DNA from: Clostridia bacterium
GTDB taxonomy: Bacteria > Bacillota > Clostridia > RGIG6154
Length of the DNA: 64,000 bases
Direction of reading: 5' to 3'
NCBI GenBank assembly: GCA_045660065.1
Contig: JAZRDC010000068.1
Coordinates: 10,908-74,907, forward strand
Part shown: positions 38,335-48,496 of the stretch, in pieces
Position numbering within the stretch: the first letter of the stretch is position 1
How the letters are laid out: every line of letters starts with the position of its first letter
Made by a program: the position numbers and the translations under genes
The notes under the pieces: generated by a model
What the model saw: the letters and a program-made list of their open reading frames with translations, nothing else
Told to the model about the DNA's origin: nothing
The model's database searches: none

Positions 38335-40305
38335 GTGAGAAAGATTTTATCGTTATTACTTGCAATAGCAATGATTTTGACAACTTTGTCAACAAGCATA
38401 ATTTCGGTTTCCGCAGCTGATGTAAATCCTGTTTTAACCGAAGGCTTCTTTGAAGATTTTGAAGGTTACGGCGATGCCGAATGGCTTTCAAATATTAACG
38501 ACAGTAAAATTGTTGACAGCACAAAAATCACAAATATGGAAGAAAACGCATGGACAGTTTATGGCGGAGATTATGATGATGCGTGGTATACAGGTGAAGA
38601 ACTTGTAGGCAAGGGCGCTTCAGTAAAAGTTGTTGCTGACCCTGATGATGCAAACAATAAAGTTTTGAAGCTTGATGCCGGAAATCTTACAACTAATGAC
38701 TGGATTCGTGTAAGAAGAAACTCAAATGCAGGAGAAGCTATTAAACGTGCAGATTTTGCAAAAGGCAAAAAGATGGTTATTAAGGCTAAATTTAAGCTTC
38801 CCTCATCTTTTACAGGTTCTTCTAATACAGCAATGTTTACATACGACCAGCAGAAAGCACAGCTTAAAAAGTGGTTGAATGCTAATATGACATCGAATTA
38901 CAACGGTAAGAAATGGACAATTCTTGCTACAGATAGCGGTTCTTATCAGTCTAACTTAGATTCCAAAATTGAAGTTAGTCCTGTTAAAACAGGTGAGTGG
39001 TTTGATCTTAAATATATTGTAGATATTACAGACCATAAGACAGAAAATCACCCTGCAGATACATACAGAGCTTTTTATGATGGCTCAATTTACACACATT
39101 TTTTACCTGATGTGGCAAAAGGCGACGGAAAAACACGTGCTCTTAATGAAAAATTCCCACAGCCTTCAGGTGTAGAAGGTGTGAAGGGAGAAAAAATTGT
39201 AGAATCATTCGGTGGGTATAGTACTCCACCTGAAGGTACAAAATATTATGACTTTGGTCCTTTCTACGGCACAAGTATGACAATTGCAGGTTCAGGAAAA
39301 ACCGGGGACTATATGTACATGGATGATATTCAGGTATATTATATTGATCCTTTCAAACAGGAAGGCAATGCTACATTTGAAAAAGTTACTGAAGATGGCA
39401 GATGGTATGCAGGTGAAATTACAATTCCATTTAACAACAACCTTATGACTGTTGTTAAAGAAAACGGAACACAACTTGCTTACACATCACTCTTTACTGT
39501 AAAAGATGCTGAAGGAAATGTGATTGAAAATGCTATCGCAAATGCTTATGCAGATGGTAAAAACTTAATTTTAGAACCTTCAAAATCACTTCCAAGAAAT
39601 AAAGCATACACAGTTTATGCATCAGCTCTCTTTATGGATGAAGAAGGTCAGGGCCTCAATCAATTCAGTAAAGATCAGGAAATCTTAACATTTGATACAG
39701 CAGAAGATCCATTTGCACACATCTATTTTGATGAAACCTTTGAAAATTACGCAGATACAACATCAAACTGGCTTGCAAATAAAGATAAAAATGGTTATGT
39801 AACACTTGACGGTCTTGAAGAAAACGCTTGGAGAGTTGGCGGTACAGGAACATACACAAATGGTATTGTTAAAGTTTCTGCTGACCCATTAAACACAGGC
39901 AGAGGAAATGTTCTTGAAATCAATTCAGGAACAGTTGCAAGCGGTAATAGTGTTACAGTTTTAAAAACTTCAAACGGAACAAGCCTCTTTGCAGTAGCAG
40001 ACGCTGCTAAAGTTGAAGGTAACACAGTTACAACATCTGTTAAATTCACTAACCCTGAAATAGTGGATATGGGCGTATGGTGCGTAGTTGCAGCATTTGG
40101 TGATTACAACGAAATGCTCGGTTGCACACCGGTAGAACTTCCTGCTGAATATGTAGATGGTAAAGTTCCGGCTTCTTCTTCAACAACTGAAATTCCTGTT
40201 ACAATCACAACAAATGGTGGAACAGTTAAATCAGTTAAGATGTTCGTTTGGGATAGCTATGAAGATATGAAACCATATCACAAAGCTGAAGAACTTATTA
40301 AATAA
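38335..40305 (+). CDS. Secreted multi-domain protein of unknown function
   Basis: Sec signal peptide, internal repeat, Ig-like segment, C-terminal AAF...MLG...MFVWDS..MKPY module. Confidence 0.85.
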   Translation: MRKILSLLLAIAMILTTLSTSIISVSAADVNPVLTEGFFEDFEGYGDAEWLSNINDSKIVDSTKITNMEENAWTVYGGDYDDAWYTGEELVGKGASVKVVADPDDANNKVLKLDAGNLTTNDWIRVRRNSNAGEAIKRADFAKGKKMVIKAKFKLPSSFTGSSNTAMFTYDQQKAQLKKWLNANMTSNYNGKKWTILATDSGSYQSNLDSKIEVSPVKTGEWFDLKYIVDITDHKTENHPADTYRAFYDGSIYTHFLPDVAKGDGKTRALNEKFPQPSGVEGVKGEKIVESFGGYSTPPEGTKYYDFGPFYGTSMTIAGSGKTGDYMYMDDIQVYYIDPFKQEGNATFEKVTEDGRWYAGEITIPFNNNLMTVVKENGTQLAYTSLFTVKDAEGNVIENAIANAYADGKNLILEPSKSLPRNKAYTVYASALFMDEEGQGLNQFSKDQEILTFDTAEDPFAHIYFDETFENYADTTSNWLANKDKNGYVTLDGLEENAWRVGGTGTYTNGIVKVSADPLNTGRGNVLEINSGTVASGNSVTVLKTSNGTSLFAVADAAKVEGNTVTTSVKFTNPEIVDMGVWCVVAAFGDYNEMLGCTPVELPAEYVDGKVPASSSTTEIPVTITTNGGTVKSVKMFVWDSYEDMKPYHKAEELIK

Positions 40306-40326
40306 TTAATGCAAAAGCATTAACAT

Positions 40327-40363
40327 AAAAAATCCCCGCAAGGAATTCCTTGCGGGATTTTTT
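40327..40363. terminator. Bidirectional terminator
   Basis: aaaaaatccccgcaagg/ccttgcgggatttttt. Confidence 0.85.
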
Positions 40364-40384
40364 AATGAATTATTCATTGGAATA

Positions 40385-40819
40385 TCAAAGATATTCTTTG
40401 ATATTTTCCAAAAGTGTTGTTTCTAAATCAATGATTTTTTTTGCAATGTCTTTTACTTCGGCGTTTGCTTCGGGGTATTCGTTTAAATAGCCGTTTATTG
40501 TTTTTATGCCCATATTGCAACCGTCTGTTATCAGCCCTGCCACCGTTTTGTCGCTCTCATTAATTCCAAGCATAACATTGGTTTTAATCCAACTCATTCC
40601 TTTTGCCATCATTGGTGGCTCTTTTTCCTCATCACCATATCTGTTTAAAAGCAGTTGTGTTTCGGTTTCAAGTTCTTCGTGCTCATTTCTGCTTTTTTTC
40701 AGTTTGTCCTCCAAATCTGTGCTTTCAACTCTGTCTAAAACATCATTTAACGAACTTATTCCCATTTTTATCCCAAGATTACATTCTCTTAATAAATTCT
40801 TAGTATCTTCCTTTACCAT
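40385..40819 (-). CDS. Conserved hypothetical helical (ferritin-like) protein, possibly sporulation-related
   Basis: SD gggagg; helical repeat pattern (LLRECNLGIKMG / LITDGCNMGIK). Confidence 0.7.
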   Translation of the reverse strand: MVKEDTKNLLRECNLGIKMGISSLNDVLDRVESTDLEDKLKKSRNEHEELETETQLLLNRYGDEEKEPPMMAKGMSWIKTNVMLGINESDKTVAGLITDGCNMGIKTINGYLNEYPEANAEVKDIAKKIIDLETTLLENIKEYL

Positions 40820-40919
40820 TTTTGTCCTCCCACTTGATTTTTTTGTGTTTTGGTGCTATAATATTATATTATTTTTGATTTCGCAAATAATATTCATAAA
40901 TCTTTCAGGAGTGATATAT

Positions 40920-41903
40920 ATGACAATGAAAATCGCCATTTTAGGCTATGGTAACCTTGGAAAAGGCGTTGAATGTGCTATTCAGCAGAATCCCGATATG
41001 GAACTTTTTGGAATTTTTTCAAGAAGAAATCCAGAAACTGTTAAAACTTTAACAGGTGCTAAAACTTTCCATATTGACGATCTTTTAAATTACAAAAACG
41101 ATATTGATGTTTTGATTATCTGCGGTGGAAGTGCTACTGATCTTCCTGTGCAGACTCCCGAATTTGCAAAAAGTTTCAATGTTGTGGATAGTTTCGATAC
41201 TCACGCAAAAATCCCTGAACATTTTGAAAATGTTGATGCGTCTGCCATTGAGGGTGGCAAGGTTGCACTTATTTCTGCAGGTTGGGACCCGGGAATGTTT
41301 TCTTTAAATCGTCTTTACGCATCTTGCGTACTTCCTGAGGGCAAAGATTATACTTTCTGGGGCAAGGGCGTAAGTCAGGGCCATTCTGACGCTATAAGAA
41401 GAATCGACGGCGTTAAAGATGCAAGACAGTACACAATCCCTGTGGATAGCGCATTAGAGGCCGTTCGTGCAGGATCAGAGCCTGAACTTACAACAAGACA
41501 GAAGCATATAAGAGAATGTTTTGTTGTAGTAGAAGACGGTGCCGACAAGGCAAAAATAGAAAACGAAATCAAAACCATGCCAAACTATTTTGCAGATTAC
41601 GATACATTCGTAAACTTTATTTCTGAAGAAGAATTGGCAAGAGACCACAGCGGTATCCCACATGGTGGTTTTGTTATCAGAAGTGGTAAAACAGGAATAA
41701 ATAAAGAGCATTCACATATTATTGAATATAGTATAAAACTTGATTCAAACCCAGAATTTACCGCGTCTGTTTTAGTTTGCTATGCAAGAGCAGTTTACAG
41801 ATTAAATAAAGAGGGTGTATCAGGTTGCAAGACTGTTTTTGATGTGGCTCCAAAGTATTTATCTGTGCTTTCTGACGCTGAAATGAGAAAAAATTTGCTT
41901 TAA
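40920..41903 (+). CDS. ddh: meso-Diaminopimelate D-dehydrogenase
   Basis: GYGNLG, VDSFDTHA.IPEH, GWDPG.FS, FWG.GVSQGHSDA; true start 40920 with SD aggag. Confidence 0.95.
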   Translation: MTMKIAILGYGNLGKGVECAIQQNPDMELFGIFSRRNPETVKTLTGAKTFHIDDLLNYKNDIDVLIICGGSATDLPVQTPEFAKSFNVVDSFDTHAKIPEHFENVDASAIEGGKVALISAGWDPGMFSLNRLYASCVLPEGKDYTFWGKGVSQGHSDAIRRIDGVKDARQYTIPVDSALEAVRAGSEPELTTRQKHIRECFVVVEDGADKAKIENEIKTMPNYFADYDTFVNFISEEELARDHSGIPHGGFVIRSGKTGINKEHSHIIEYSIKLDSNPEFTASVLVCYARAVYRLNKEGVSGCKTVFDVAPKYLSVLSDAEMRKNLL

Positions 41904-41961
41904 TTGAAAAAATTTCAAAAAAACACTTGCATTTTATGAAATGTTGTGGTATAATGCAATG

Positions 41962-42029
41962 GTTATTATGGGTGGTCCTCTTAGGCACAATGCGCTAATG
42001 AACATCTGATTTCGAGAGGAGAATGTCAA
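41962..42029 (+). promoter_or_regulatory. rplS 5' leader, probable L19 leader-type structure
   Basis: Follows TG-TATAAT at 41950; cctct can pair with SD agagg; atgaacatc segment. Confidence 0.45.
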
Positions 42030-42371
42030 ATGAATATTATTGACACAATTGCACAGAGCCAGATCAGAACTGACTTACCTAAACTTGTTATCGGTGACAC
42101 TGTAAGAGTTCACATCAAGGTTAAAGAAGGAACAAGAGAAAGAATTCAGGTTTACGAAGGTACAATCATTGCTAAAAAGCATGCTGGTATCGCTCAGACC
42201 GTAACAGTTAGACGTTTATCATACGGTGTTGGGGTTGAAAAAATCTTCCCTGTAAACTCACCTAACATTGATAAAATCGAAATTGTTAGAAAAGGTAAGG
42301 TTCGTCGTGCTAAGCTGTACTACTTGAGAGACAGAGTAGGTAAGGCAGCTAAAGTTAAAGAAAGAATCTAA
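42030..42371 (+). CDS. rplS: 50S ribosomal protein L19
   Basis: [32 protein letters not shown]. Confidence 0.98.
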   Translation: MNIIDTIAQSQIRTDLPKLVIGDTVRVHIKVKEGTRERIQVYEGTIIAKKHAGIAQTVTVRRLSYGVGVEKIFPVNSPNIDKIEIVRKGKVRRAKLYYLRDRVGKAAKVKERI

Positions 42372-42391
42372 CTTTAAATGTCGAACAATAC

Positions 42392-42428
42392 GCCGAACAT
42401 CTTTTTTGGGTGTTCGGCTATGTTTTTT
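42392..42428 (+). terminator. Intrinsic terminator
   Basis: gccgaacatc/ggtgttcggc followed by T-run. Confidence 0.7.
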
Positions 42429-42455
42429 ATTAAAATAATTTGTGAGGTGGCAAAT

Positions 42456-43022
42456 ATGAGCGAATTTAACGAAGAAGTTAAAGAGGTTGCAGAAGAAATT
42501 GTGAAAAAATCATGGCAGAGAGAGGCACTCGAGTGGGTAGTTTCTATTGCTATCGCTGTGGTTTTAGCACTTGTTATAAGACAGTTTGTTTTTACTGTTG
42601 TAAGAGTTGACGGGGCTTCTATGGAACCGACACTTCAGCACAACGACAGACTTATTGTTTGGAGATTGGGATATACCCCCGAAAACGGTGATATAATAGT
42701 TTTGCATCAGGCAAATCATCCACCGTACATCAAAAGAGTTATCGCAGGTGAAGGTCAGACTGTTGACATCGATTTTGCAAAGCATATTGTCTACGTTGAC
42801 GGCAAAGCGATAGAAGAAGATTACATCGCAGAGCCCACTATGCTTTCGGGTGATATGAGATTTCCTGTAACAGTTGGCGAAAATCAGGTGTTTGTGCTTG
42901 GTGATAACAGAAACAACAGCCGCGACTCAAGATTTTCAGATGTTGCGTGTGTTGATTACAAAGATATTTTAGGGAAAGCAGTATGGAGATTTTTCCCGTT
43001 TAATGGTATGAAGGTGTTTTAA
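42456..43022 (+). CDS. lepB: Signal peptidase I
   Basis: GASMEPTL, YIKRVIA, GDNRNNSRDSR; SD gaggtg. Confidence 0.95.
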   Translation: MSEFNEEVKEVAEEIVKKSWQREALEWVVSIAIAVVLALVIRQFVFTVVRVDGASMEPTLQHNDRLIVWRLGYTPENGDIIVLHQANHPPYIKRVIAGEGQTVDIDFAKHIVYVDGKAIEEDYIAEPTMLSGDMRFPVTVGENQVFVLGDNRNNSRDSRFSDVACVDYKDILGKAVWRFFPFNGMKVF

Positions 43023-43879
43023 TGAATATACAATGGTTTCCCGGTCATATGACCAAAACGAGAAAACAGATAACTGAAGATTTAAAGCAGGTTGATATTG
43101 TCTATGAACTTGTTGATGCAAGACTTCCTTTGTCAAGTAGAAATCCTGAAATTGACAAGATTTTAAATCAGAAGCCAAGAATTGTTGTTATGAACAAGGC
43201 AGACCTTGCAGATTCAAAGGCAAATGCTTTGTGGCTTGAGTATTTTAAAAGTCAGGGAATTAAGGCAGTTTTAATTTCCTGTCCTAAAAATATGGGGCTT
43301 GATGCTTTGGCAAATGAAGCAAAATCAGTTTTGAAAGAAAAACTTGAGGCAAGAAAAGCAAGAGGCATCACAGGTGGCGGAATAAGAGTTATGATTGTTG
43401 GAATTCCCAATGTTGGAAAGTCCACACTCATTAACAAACTTTGCGGAAGGGCAAGTACCAAAACAGGTGATCGTCCGGGTGTTACAAAGTCGAAACAATG
43501 GATTTCAGCAAAAGACGGATTTCAACTTCTTGACACTCCAGGAATTTTATGGCCGAAGTTTGAAGATGAATCAGTTGGTCTTAAACTTGCGTTTTCAGGA
43601 GCAATCCGTGATGAAATTATGGATGTTGAAGAACTGGCAGTGCATTTAATAAGTTTTTTGGTTCAAAGGTATCCTGAAACTTTAACTAATCGCTACGGCC
43701 TTTCGGATTTTGATAAAATGTCATACGAGATTTTAGAGGATTTGGGAAGAAAAAGGGGCTGCGTTATAAGCGGTGGAGAGGTGGATACTGTAAGAGCGTC
43801 CAACATTCTTTTAGACGAGTTTCGTGCATCGAAACTTGGCAATATAACTTTGGAATTTCCGGGTGAAGAAAATGTTTGA
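43022..43879 (+). CDS. ylqF: Ribosome biogenesis GTPase YlqF/RbgA
   Basis: IQWFPGHM, DARLP.SSRNP, GIPNVGKS, DTPG. Confidence 0.96.
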   Translation: MNIQWFPGHMTKTRKQITEDLKQVDIVYELVDARLPLSSRNPEIDKILNQKPRIVVMNKADLADSKANALWLEYFKSQGIKAVLISCPKNMGLDALANEAKSVLKEKLEARKARGITGGGIRVMIVGIPNVGKSTLINKLCGRASTKTGDRPGVTKSKQWISAKDGFQLLDTPGILWPKFEDESVGLKLAFSGAIRDEIMDVEELAVHLISFLVQRYPETLTNRYGLSDFDKMSYEILEDLGRKRGCVISGGEVDTVRASNILLDEFRASKLGNITLEFPGEENV

Positions 43880-44468
43880 AATTGAAAATGAATTATATAA
43901 CAAAGGTTTAAATTATATAGCAGGCGTTGACGAGGCAGGCAGAGGCCCCTTGGCAGGGCCTGTTTTTGCCGCTGCGGTGGTTTTGAGAAATGGTCAGTTT
44001 ATCGAGGGTGTAACTGATTCTAAAAAAATCAGTGAGAAAAAAAGAGACTATCTTTTTGATAAAATCAGAGAAGAAGCAGTTGCTTTTTCTATTGCGGCAA
44101 TCGACGAGAAAATTATTGACGATATTAATATCAGAAATGCTACTTTTAAGGCGATGAATAACGCAGTAAACGGACTTTCCCAAAAGCCTGAGTATGTTTT
44201 GATTGACGGAAATGCAATATCAGGTATGACAATCCCTCACGAATGTGTTGTAAAAGGCGATCTTAAATGCAACTGCATCGGTGCGGCATCTATCCTTGCG
44301 AAAGTTTCAAGGGACAGATATATGCTTGAAATGGCAAAGTTGTTTCCTCAGTATATGTTTGAGCAACATAAAGGATACGGCACAAAACTGCATTATGAAA
44401 TGCTTGAAAAACACGGGATTTCACCAATTCACAGAAGAACATTTTTAAAGAAAATACTTGAAAAATGA
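43872..44468 (+). CDS. rnhB: Ribonuclease HII
   Basis: GVDEAGRGPLAGPV, DSKK, KGD, AASILAKV.RD. Confidence 0.96.
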   Translation: MFEIENELYNKGLNYIAGVDEAGRGPLAGPVFAAAVVLRNGQFIEGVTDSKKISEKKRDYLFDKIREEAVAFSIAAIDEKIIDDINIRNATFKAMNNAVNGLSQKPEYVLIDGNAISGMTIPHECVVKGDLKCNCIGAASILAKVSRDRYMLEMAKLFPQYMFEQHKGYGTKLHYEMLEKHGISPIHRRTFLKKILEK

Positions 44469-44809
44469 AAATTTTTAATAAATTAAAAGGCGATTTCGGT
44501 GAGGAAAAAGCCGCAAAATACTTAAAAAAGCAAAAATATAGAATAATTAAGAGAAACTTTAAAAACAAGGTCGGCGAGATTGATATTATCGCAAGACAAG
44601 GTAAAACTGTTGTTTTTGTGGAAGTTAAAACACGAACAGATGAAAAGTTCGGATTTGCCGCAGAGGCGGTTGATTTAAAGAAACAACAGAAGATTAAAAA
44701 TGTCGCTCTTTTATATGCTCAAAAAGAAAACATTGATAATATGCGTTTTGATGTTATTGAAGTGTATTTAAAAGAGGACAGAATTAATCATATAGTAGAC
44801 GCTTTTTAG
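44465..44809 (+). CDS. YraN (UPF0102) family nuclease-like protein
   Basis: GEEKA..YL, GEIDIIA, VFVEVKTR, RFDVI. Confidence 0.92.
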   Translation: MKIFNKLKGDFGEEKAAKYLKKQKYRIIKRNFKNKVGEIDIIARQGKTVVFVEVKTRTDEKFGFAAEAVDLKKQQKIKNVALLYAQKENIDNMRFDVIEVYLKEDRINHIVDAF

Positions 44810-44820
44810 GGGAATTTTGT

Positions 44821-45744
44821 ATGTTGATATGTGATTTACACTGCGATTTGCCTGATAAGGTTACAGACGGTGCGGAAATTATTTCAAATAGTGAGCACTG
44901 GTCGGAAGACAAACTGAAAAAAGAGCATACTTATGTTCAGGTGTTTGCAAATTTTGTTGATAAATACAAATTTGATGACCCTTTTGACAGAGTGAATTCT
45001 ATGATTTTGCATTTTAAAAGTGAACTTACAAAAACTAAAACCAAACTTGTTACAGATTATGAAAGTCTTGAAAAGAACGTAAATGAAGGCAAAAACTCAG
45101 CAATTCTTGCAATTGAAGGCGGGGAGGCTTTAGGCGGCAAAATTGAAAGAGTTAAGTATTTTTATGACCTGGGAGTCAGGTTTATGACTCTTACATGGAA
45201 TCATCCCAATCAGCTTGGTGAAGGAAATGTGCCATGGGGAAGTTGCGGACCTCTTACCGAATTCGGCAAAACTGTTGTGAAAGAAATGAATAAATTAAAT
45301 ATGACAGTTGATGTTTCCCATTTGTCGGATGCGGGTTTCTGGGATGTGGCAGAAGTATCAACAAAGCCATTTGTTGCAACTCACTCAAATTCAAGGAAAA
45401 TTTGCGATTTCTTCAGGAATATAACCGATGAGCAGTTTATGGCAATTAAAAATTCCGGTGGAATGGTTGGTATAAATTATGTTCCTGATTTTTTGGAAAA
45501 AGACGGAAATGCCAAAATTTCAAGCATCATAAACCACATTGAGCATTTTATGTCCTTAGGAGGAGAAAATATAGTTTGCCTTGGCGGAGATTTAGATGGG
45601 GTAGGTGTGCTTCCAGAAGGAATCACAGGTGTAAATGATGTGGATAAAATTGCAACTGAACTTGCAAAAATAAATTATTCAGATACAATAATTGCAAAAA
45701 TAATGGGTAAAAACATTAAAAACTATATAAAAAATGCGTTTTAA
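44821..45744 (+). CDS. Membrane dipeptidase (M19 family)
   Basis: DLHCD, IEGG, LTWN, DVSHLSD, ATHSN, GGDLDG. Confidence 0.9.
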   Translation: MLICDLHCDLPDKVTDGAEIISNSEHWSEDKLKKEHTYVQVFANFVDKYKFDDPFDRVNSMILHFKSELTKTKTKLVTDYESLEKNVNEGKNSAILAIEGGEALGGKIERVKYFYDLGVRFMTLTWNHPNQLGEGNVPWGSCGPLTEFGKTVVKEMNKLNMTVDVSHLSDAGFWDVAEVSTKPFVATHSNSRKICDFFRNITDEQFMAIKNSGGMVGINYVPDFLEKDGNAKISSIINHIEHFMSLGGENIVCLGGDLDGVGVLPEGITGVNDVDKIATELAKINYSDTIIAKIMGKNIKNYIKNAF

Positions 45745-45837
45745 TGAAATTTTTCACAAAAAGAACTTGCATTTTTGGTAGATTTGTAATAAAATATACT
45801 ACATAAGTTTAAAATGTTTGGAAAAGGAGAATTTTTT

Positions 45838-47022
45838 ATGGATTTATCAATTAAGAATATGGCAATAGCACCATCGCCTACACTTGCGATAGATGCTAAA
45901 TTCAAAGAAATGAAAGCAAATGGTGAAGATGTTGTAGGTTTCGGTTGCGGAGAACCTGATTTTGATACACCTCAGTACATTAAAGATGCGGCTATCAAAG
46001 CAATTCAGGACGGCTTCACAAAATACACACCTGCATCAGGTACACTTGATCTTAAAAAAGCAGTAGCAGAAAAATTCAAAAAAGACAATGGTCTTGACTA
46101 CGAACCTAAAAATGTTGTTATTTCAAATGGTGCTAAACACTCTTTGGTAAACGCATTTTCTGCAATCTTAAATCCTGGTGATGAAGTTATCGTTCCTGCA
46201 CCATTCTGGGTAAGTTATCCTGAAATGGTTAAAATGGCAGACGGTGTGCCTGTGATTTTAGAAACAACAGAAGAAAATGGATTTAAATTTTCTGCAAAAG
46301 ATCTTGAAGAAGCAATTAATCCTAAAACTAAGGCTTTGGTATTAAACAGCCCTTCAAATCCTACAGGTATGGTTTATACTGAAGAAGAATTAAGAGCGAT
46401 CGCAGATGTTTGCGTTAAACACAAAATCTTTGTTATTGCAGACGAAATTTATGAAAAACTTATTTATGATGGCAAACACATCAGCATTGCATCTTTCAAT
46501 GATGAAATCAAAGATCTTACTATTACAATCAACGGCGTATCAAAAAGTTATGCTATGACAGGTTGGAGAATTGGTTTTGCAGTAGCAAATGACAAAATTG
46601 CCAAAATTATGGCAAATGTTCAGTCACATGCTGCATCTAATCCTAACTCAATTGCTCAGGCAGCAACACTCGCGGCTCTTACAGGTCCACAGGATGAAGT
46701 TGAAAAAATGCGTCTTGTGTTCAAAGAACGCCGTGATTATATGGCAAACAGAATTAACGCAATCGAAGGCGTTTCTTGCACAATGCCTCAGGGTGCGTTC
46801 TATATTATGATGAACATCGAAAAACTTATCGGCAAAACTATTGCAGGAACTGTAATCACAGGTTCTGATGCTTTTGCAGAGGCTTTCCTTACCAACGCAA
46901 AGGTTGCTTTGGTACCTGGCAGCGGTTTTGGTGCTGACAAATACTTGAGATGGTCATATGCAACAAGTATGGAAAATATCAAAGAAGGTCTTGACAGACT
47001 TGAAAATTTCTTAAAACAGTAA
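45838..47022 (+). CDS. PLP-dependent aspartate aminotransferase-type enzyme (class I)
   Basis: GEPDF, NSPSNPTG, DEIY, SKSYAMTGWRIG. Confidence 0.92.
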   Translation: MDLSIKNMAIAPSPTLAIDAKFKEMKANGEDVVGFGCGEPDFDTPQYIKDAAIKAIQDGFTKYTPASGTLDLKKAVAEKFKKDNGLDYEPKNVVISNGAKHSLVNAFSAILNPGDEVIVPAPFWVSYPEMVKMADGVPVILETTEENGFKFSAKDLEEAINPKTKALVLNSPSNPTGMVYTEEELRAIADVCVKHKIFVIADEIYEKLIYDGKHISIASFNDEIKDLTITINGVSKSYAMTGWRIGFAVANDKIAKIMANVQSHAASNPNSIAQAATLAALTGPQDEVEKMRLVFKERRDYMANRINAIEGVSCTMPQGAFYIMMNIEKLIGKTIAGTVITGSDAFAEAFLTNAKVALVPGSGFGADKYLRWSYATSMENIKEGLDRLENFLKQ

Positions 47023-47037
47023 TTTAAGGTGATATGT

Positions 47038-47817
47038 ATGAATAACATTGGTTTTATCGGAACAGGAAATATGGGCGGAGCCTTGATTTCAGGGATTTTA
47101 AAAGCAGGCGGAAAGAATGTTTATGTTTATGATGTAAACGTTGATTCTGCGAAGAAATTTGAAAAAGAGGGAGCAGTGGTTTGCGACTCTTTGAAAGTGC
47201 TGACCGAACAGTGCGACTGTGTTATTCTTACAGTAAAGCCTAATATTTATAAAGTTGTTTGTGAGCAACTTAAAAACTTAAACTACAACAAAACTGTTAT
47301 AACAGTTGCCCCGGGCATTACTATTGAAAAAATGAAGCAGATGCTTGGAGATGTAAGAGTTGTAAGAACTATGCCAAATACTCCTGCACTTATCGGCAAA
47401 GGCGTATTTTTAGTGGCAGGTACAGAGCAGGAAAATCGAGATGTAAAAGAACTTTTGTCTGCTTGCGGAAGTGTATATTTCTTAGATGAAAAGCAAATGG
47501 ACGCAGGCGTTGCCCTTTCAGGAAGCAGTCCTGCATTTGTGTATGAACTTATCAACGATATTGCAGACGGTGCGGTAACTCACGGAATTCCCAAGAACAA
47601 GGCTTTGGAAATTGCAGCACAGACAGTAATCGGAAGCGCTATGATGATTTTAGAAACCGACATTCATCCCGTAAAACTCATTGACAATGTTTGCTCACCG
47701 GGAGGAACAACTGTTGCGGCAATGAATAAACTTTCAGAACTTGGATTTAAAAATGCTATTATTGAAGCCATGAAAGCCTGCACAAAACGTGCTGCCGAAA
47801 TGAGCGAAAAAATGTAA
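47038..47817 (+). CDS. proC: Pyrroline-5-carboxylate reductase
   Basis: GFIGTGNMG, RTMPNTP, SGSSPA, VCSPGGTT. Confidence 0.95.
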   Translation: MNNIGFIGTGNMGGALISGILKAGGKNVYVYDVNVDSAKKFEKEGAVVCDSLKVLTEQCDCVILTVKPNIYKVVCEQLKNLNYNKTVITVAPGITIEKMKQMLGDVRVVRTMPNTPALIGKGVFLVAGTEQENRDVKELLSACGSVYFLDEKQMDAGVALSGSSPAFVYELINDIADGAVTHGIPKNKALEIAAQTVIGSAMMILETDIHPVKLIDNVCSPGGTTVAAMNKLSELGFKNAIIEAMKACTKRAAEMSEKM

Positions 47818-47820
47818 TAT

Positions 47821-47865
47821 AAACACCTTTTTCACATATACTTTAAAAAAGTGGAAAAGGTGTTT
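47821..47865. terminator. Hairpin after proC; loop contains a sigmaE-like -10 (catatact) for spoIIM
   Basis: aaacacctttttcac/gtggaaaaggtgttt. Confidence 0.55.
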
Positions 47866-47870
47866 TTTAG

Positions 47871-48428
47871 TTGAAAAGAAAAATATCTGTATATTTTAAA
47901 AAGCGAAAGTTTATGTTTCTGATTGTGTTTACAGCCCTTTGTGCAGGAATGGTTACAGGTGCTTTTTCTGCCATGGATGCGGGTGTAAATCAAATGGGTG
48001 TACCCGAACAGTTAGCAGGAAAAGATATAATAATTTCGTCTTTTATGGAAAATGTTAAATTTTTAGGCTGGATAATGTTGTGGGGAGTTAATTTGTTCGG
48101 GTTTCCTGTTATAATTTATCTTCTCTATATAAAAGGTGCAAGTATATCTGCGGCGTTATGCGCATTGGTAATAAGAGATAATTCCTCGGGAATTGCGTTA
48201 ATTTTAAGTGCAATTCCTTATCTTGCCTGCACAATTGCTTCGGTTATGATTTTTGCCCAGGGTGGTTTAAATTGCTCTTTTGGATTGTTTAAAAGTATGG
48301 CAGGCAGGAGAGTGGGCAAGGGAATATACGAAAATGTGGTAATAATGCTGGCAGAGTTTATTCCCGCAACACTTATTGCTCTTCTGGGTGGTGTGTGCGA
48401 AACACTAATAAAGGTAAATATTGTATAG
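47871..48428 (+). CDS. spoIIM: Stage II sporulation protein M
   Basis: Polytopic membrane protein directly upstream of xerD, the conserved Firmicute synteny. Confidence 0.65.
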   Translation: MKRKISVYFKKRKFMFLIVFTALCAGMVTGAFSAMDAGVNQMGVPEQLAGKDIIISSFMENVKFLGWIMLWGVNLFGFPVIIYLLYIKGASISAALCALVIRDNSSGIALILSAIPYLACTIASVMIFAQGGLNCSFGLFKSMAGRRVGKGIYENVVIMLAEFIPATLIALLGGVCETLIKVNIV

Positions 48429-48496
48429 GCAAAAACTATTTACAAAAGTCATAAAATGTTGTAAAATGATGTTAGAATGTTTTATGAGGTAACGCA

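Noticed and set aside
40506-40919. 465-aa version of ddh in the ORF track
   Set aside because: The extension is the antisense shadow of the 40385-40819 gene; the SD and homology start at 40920.
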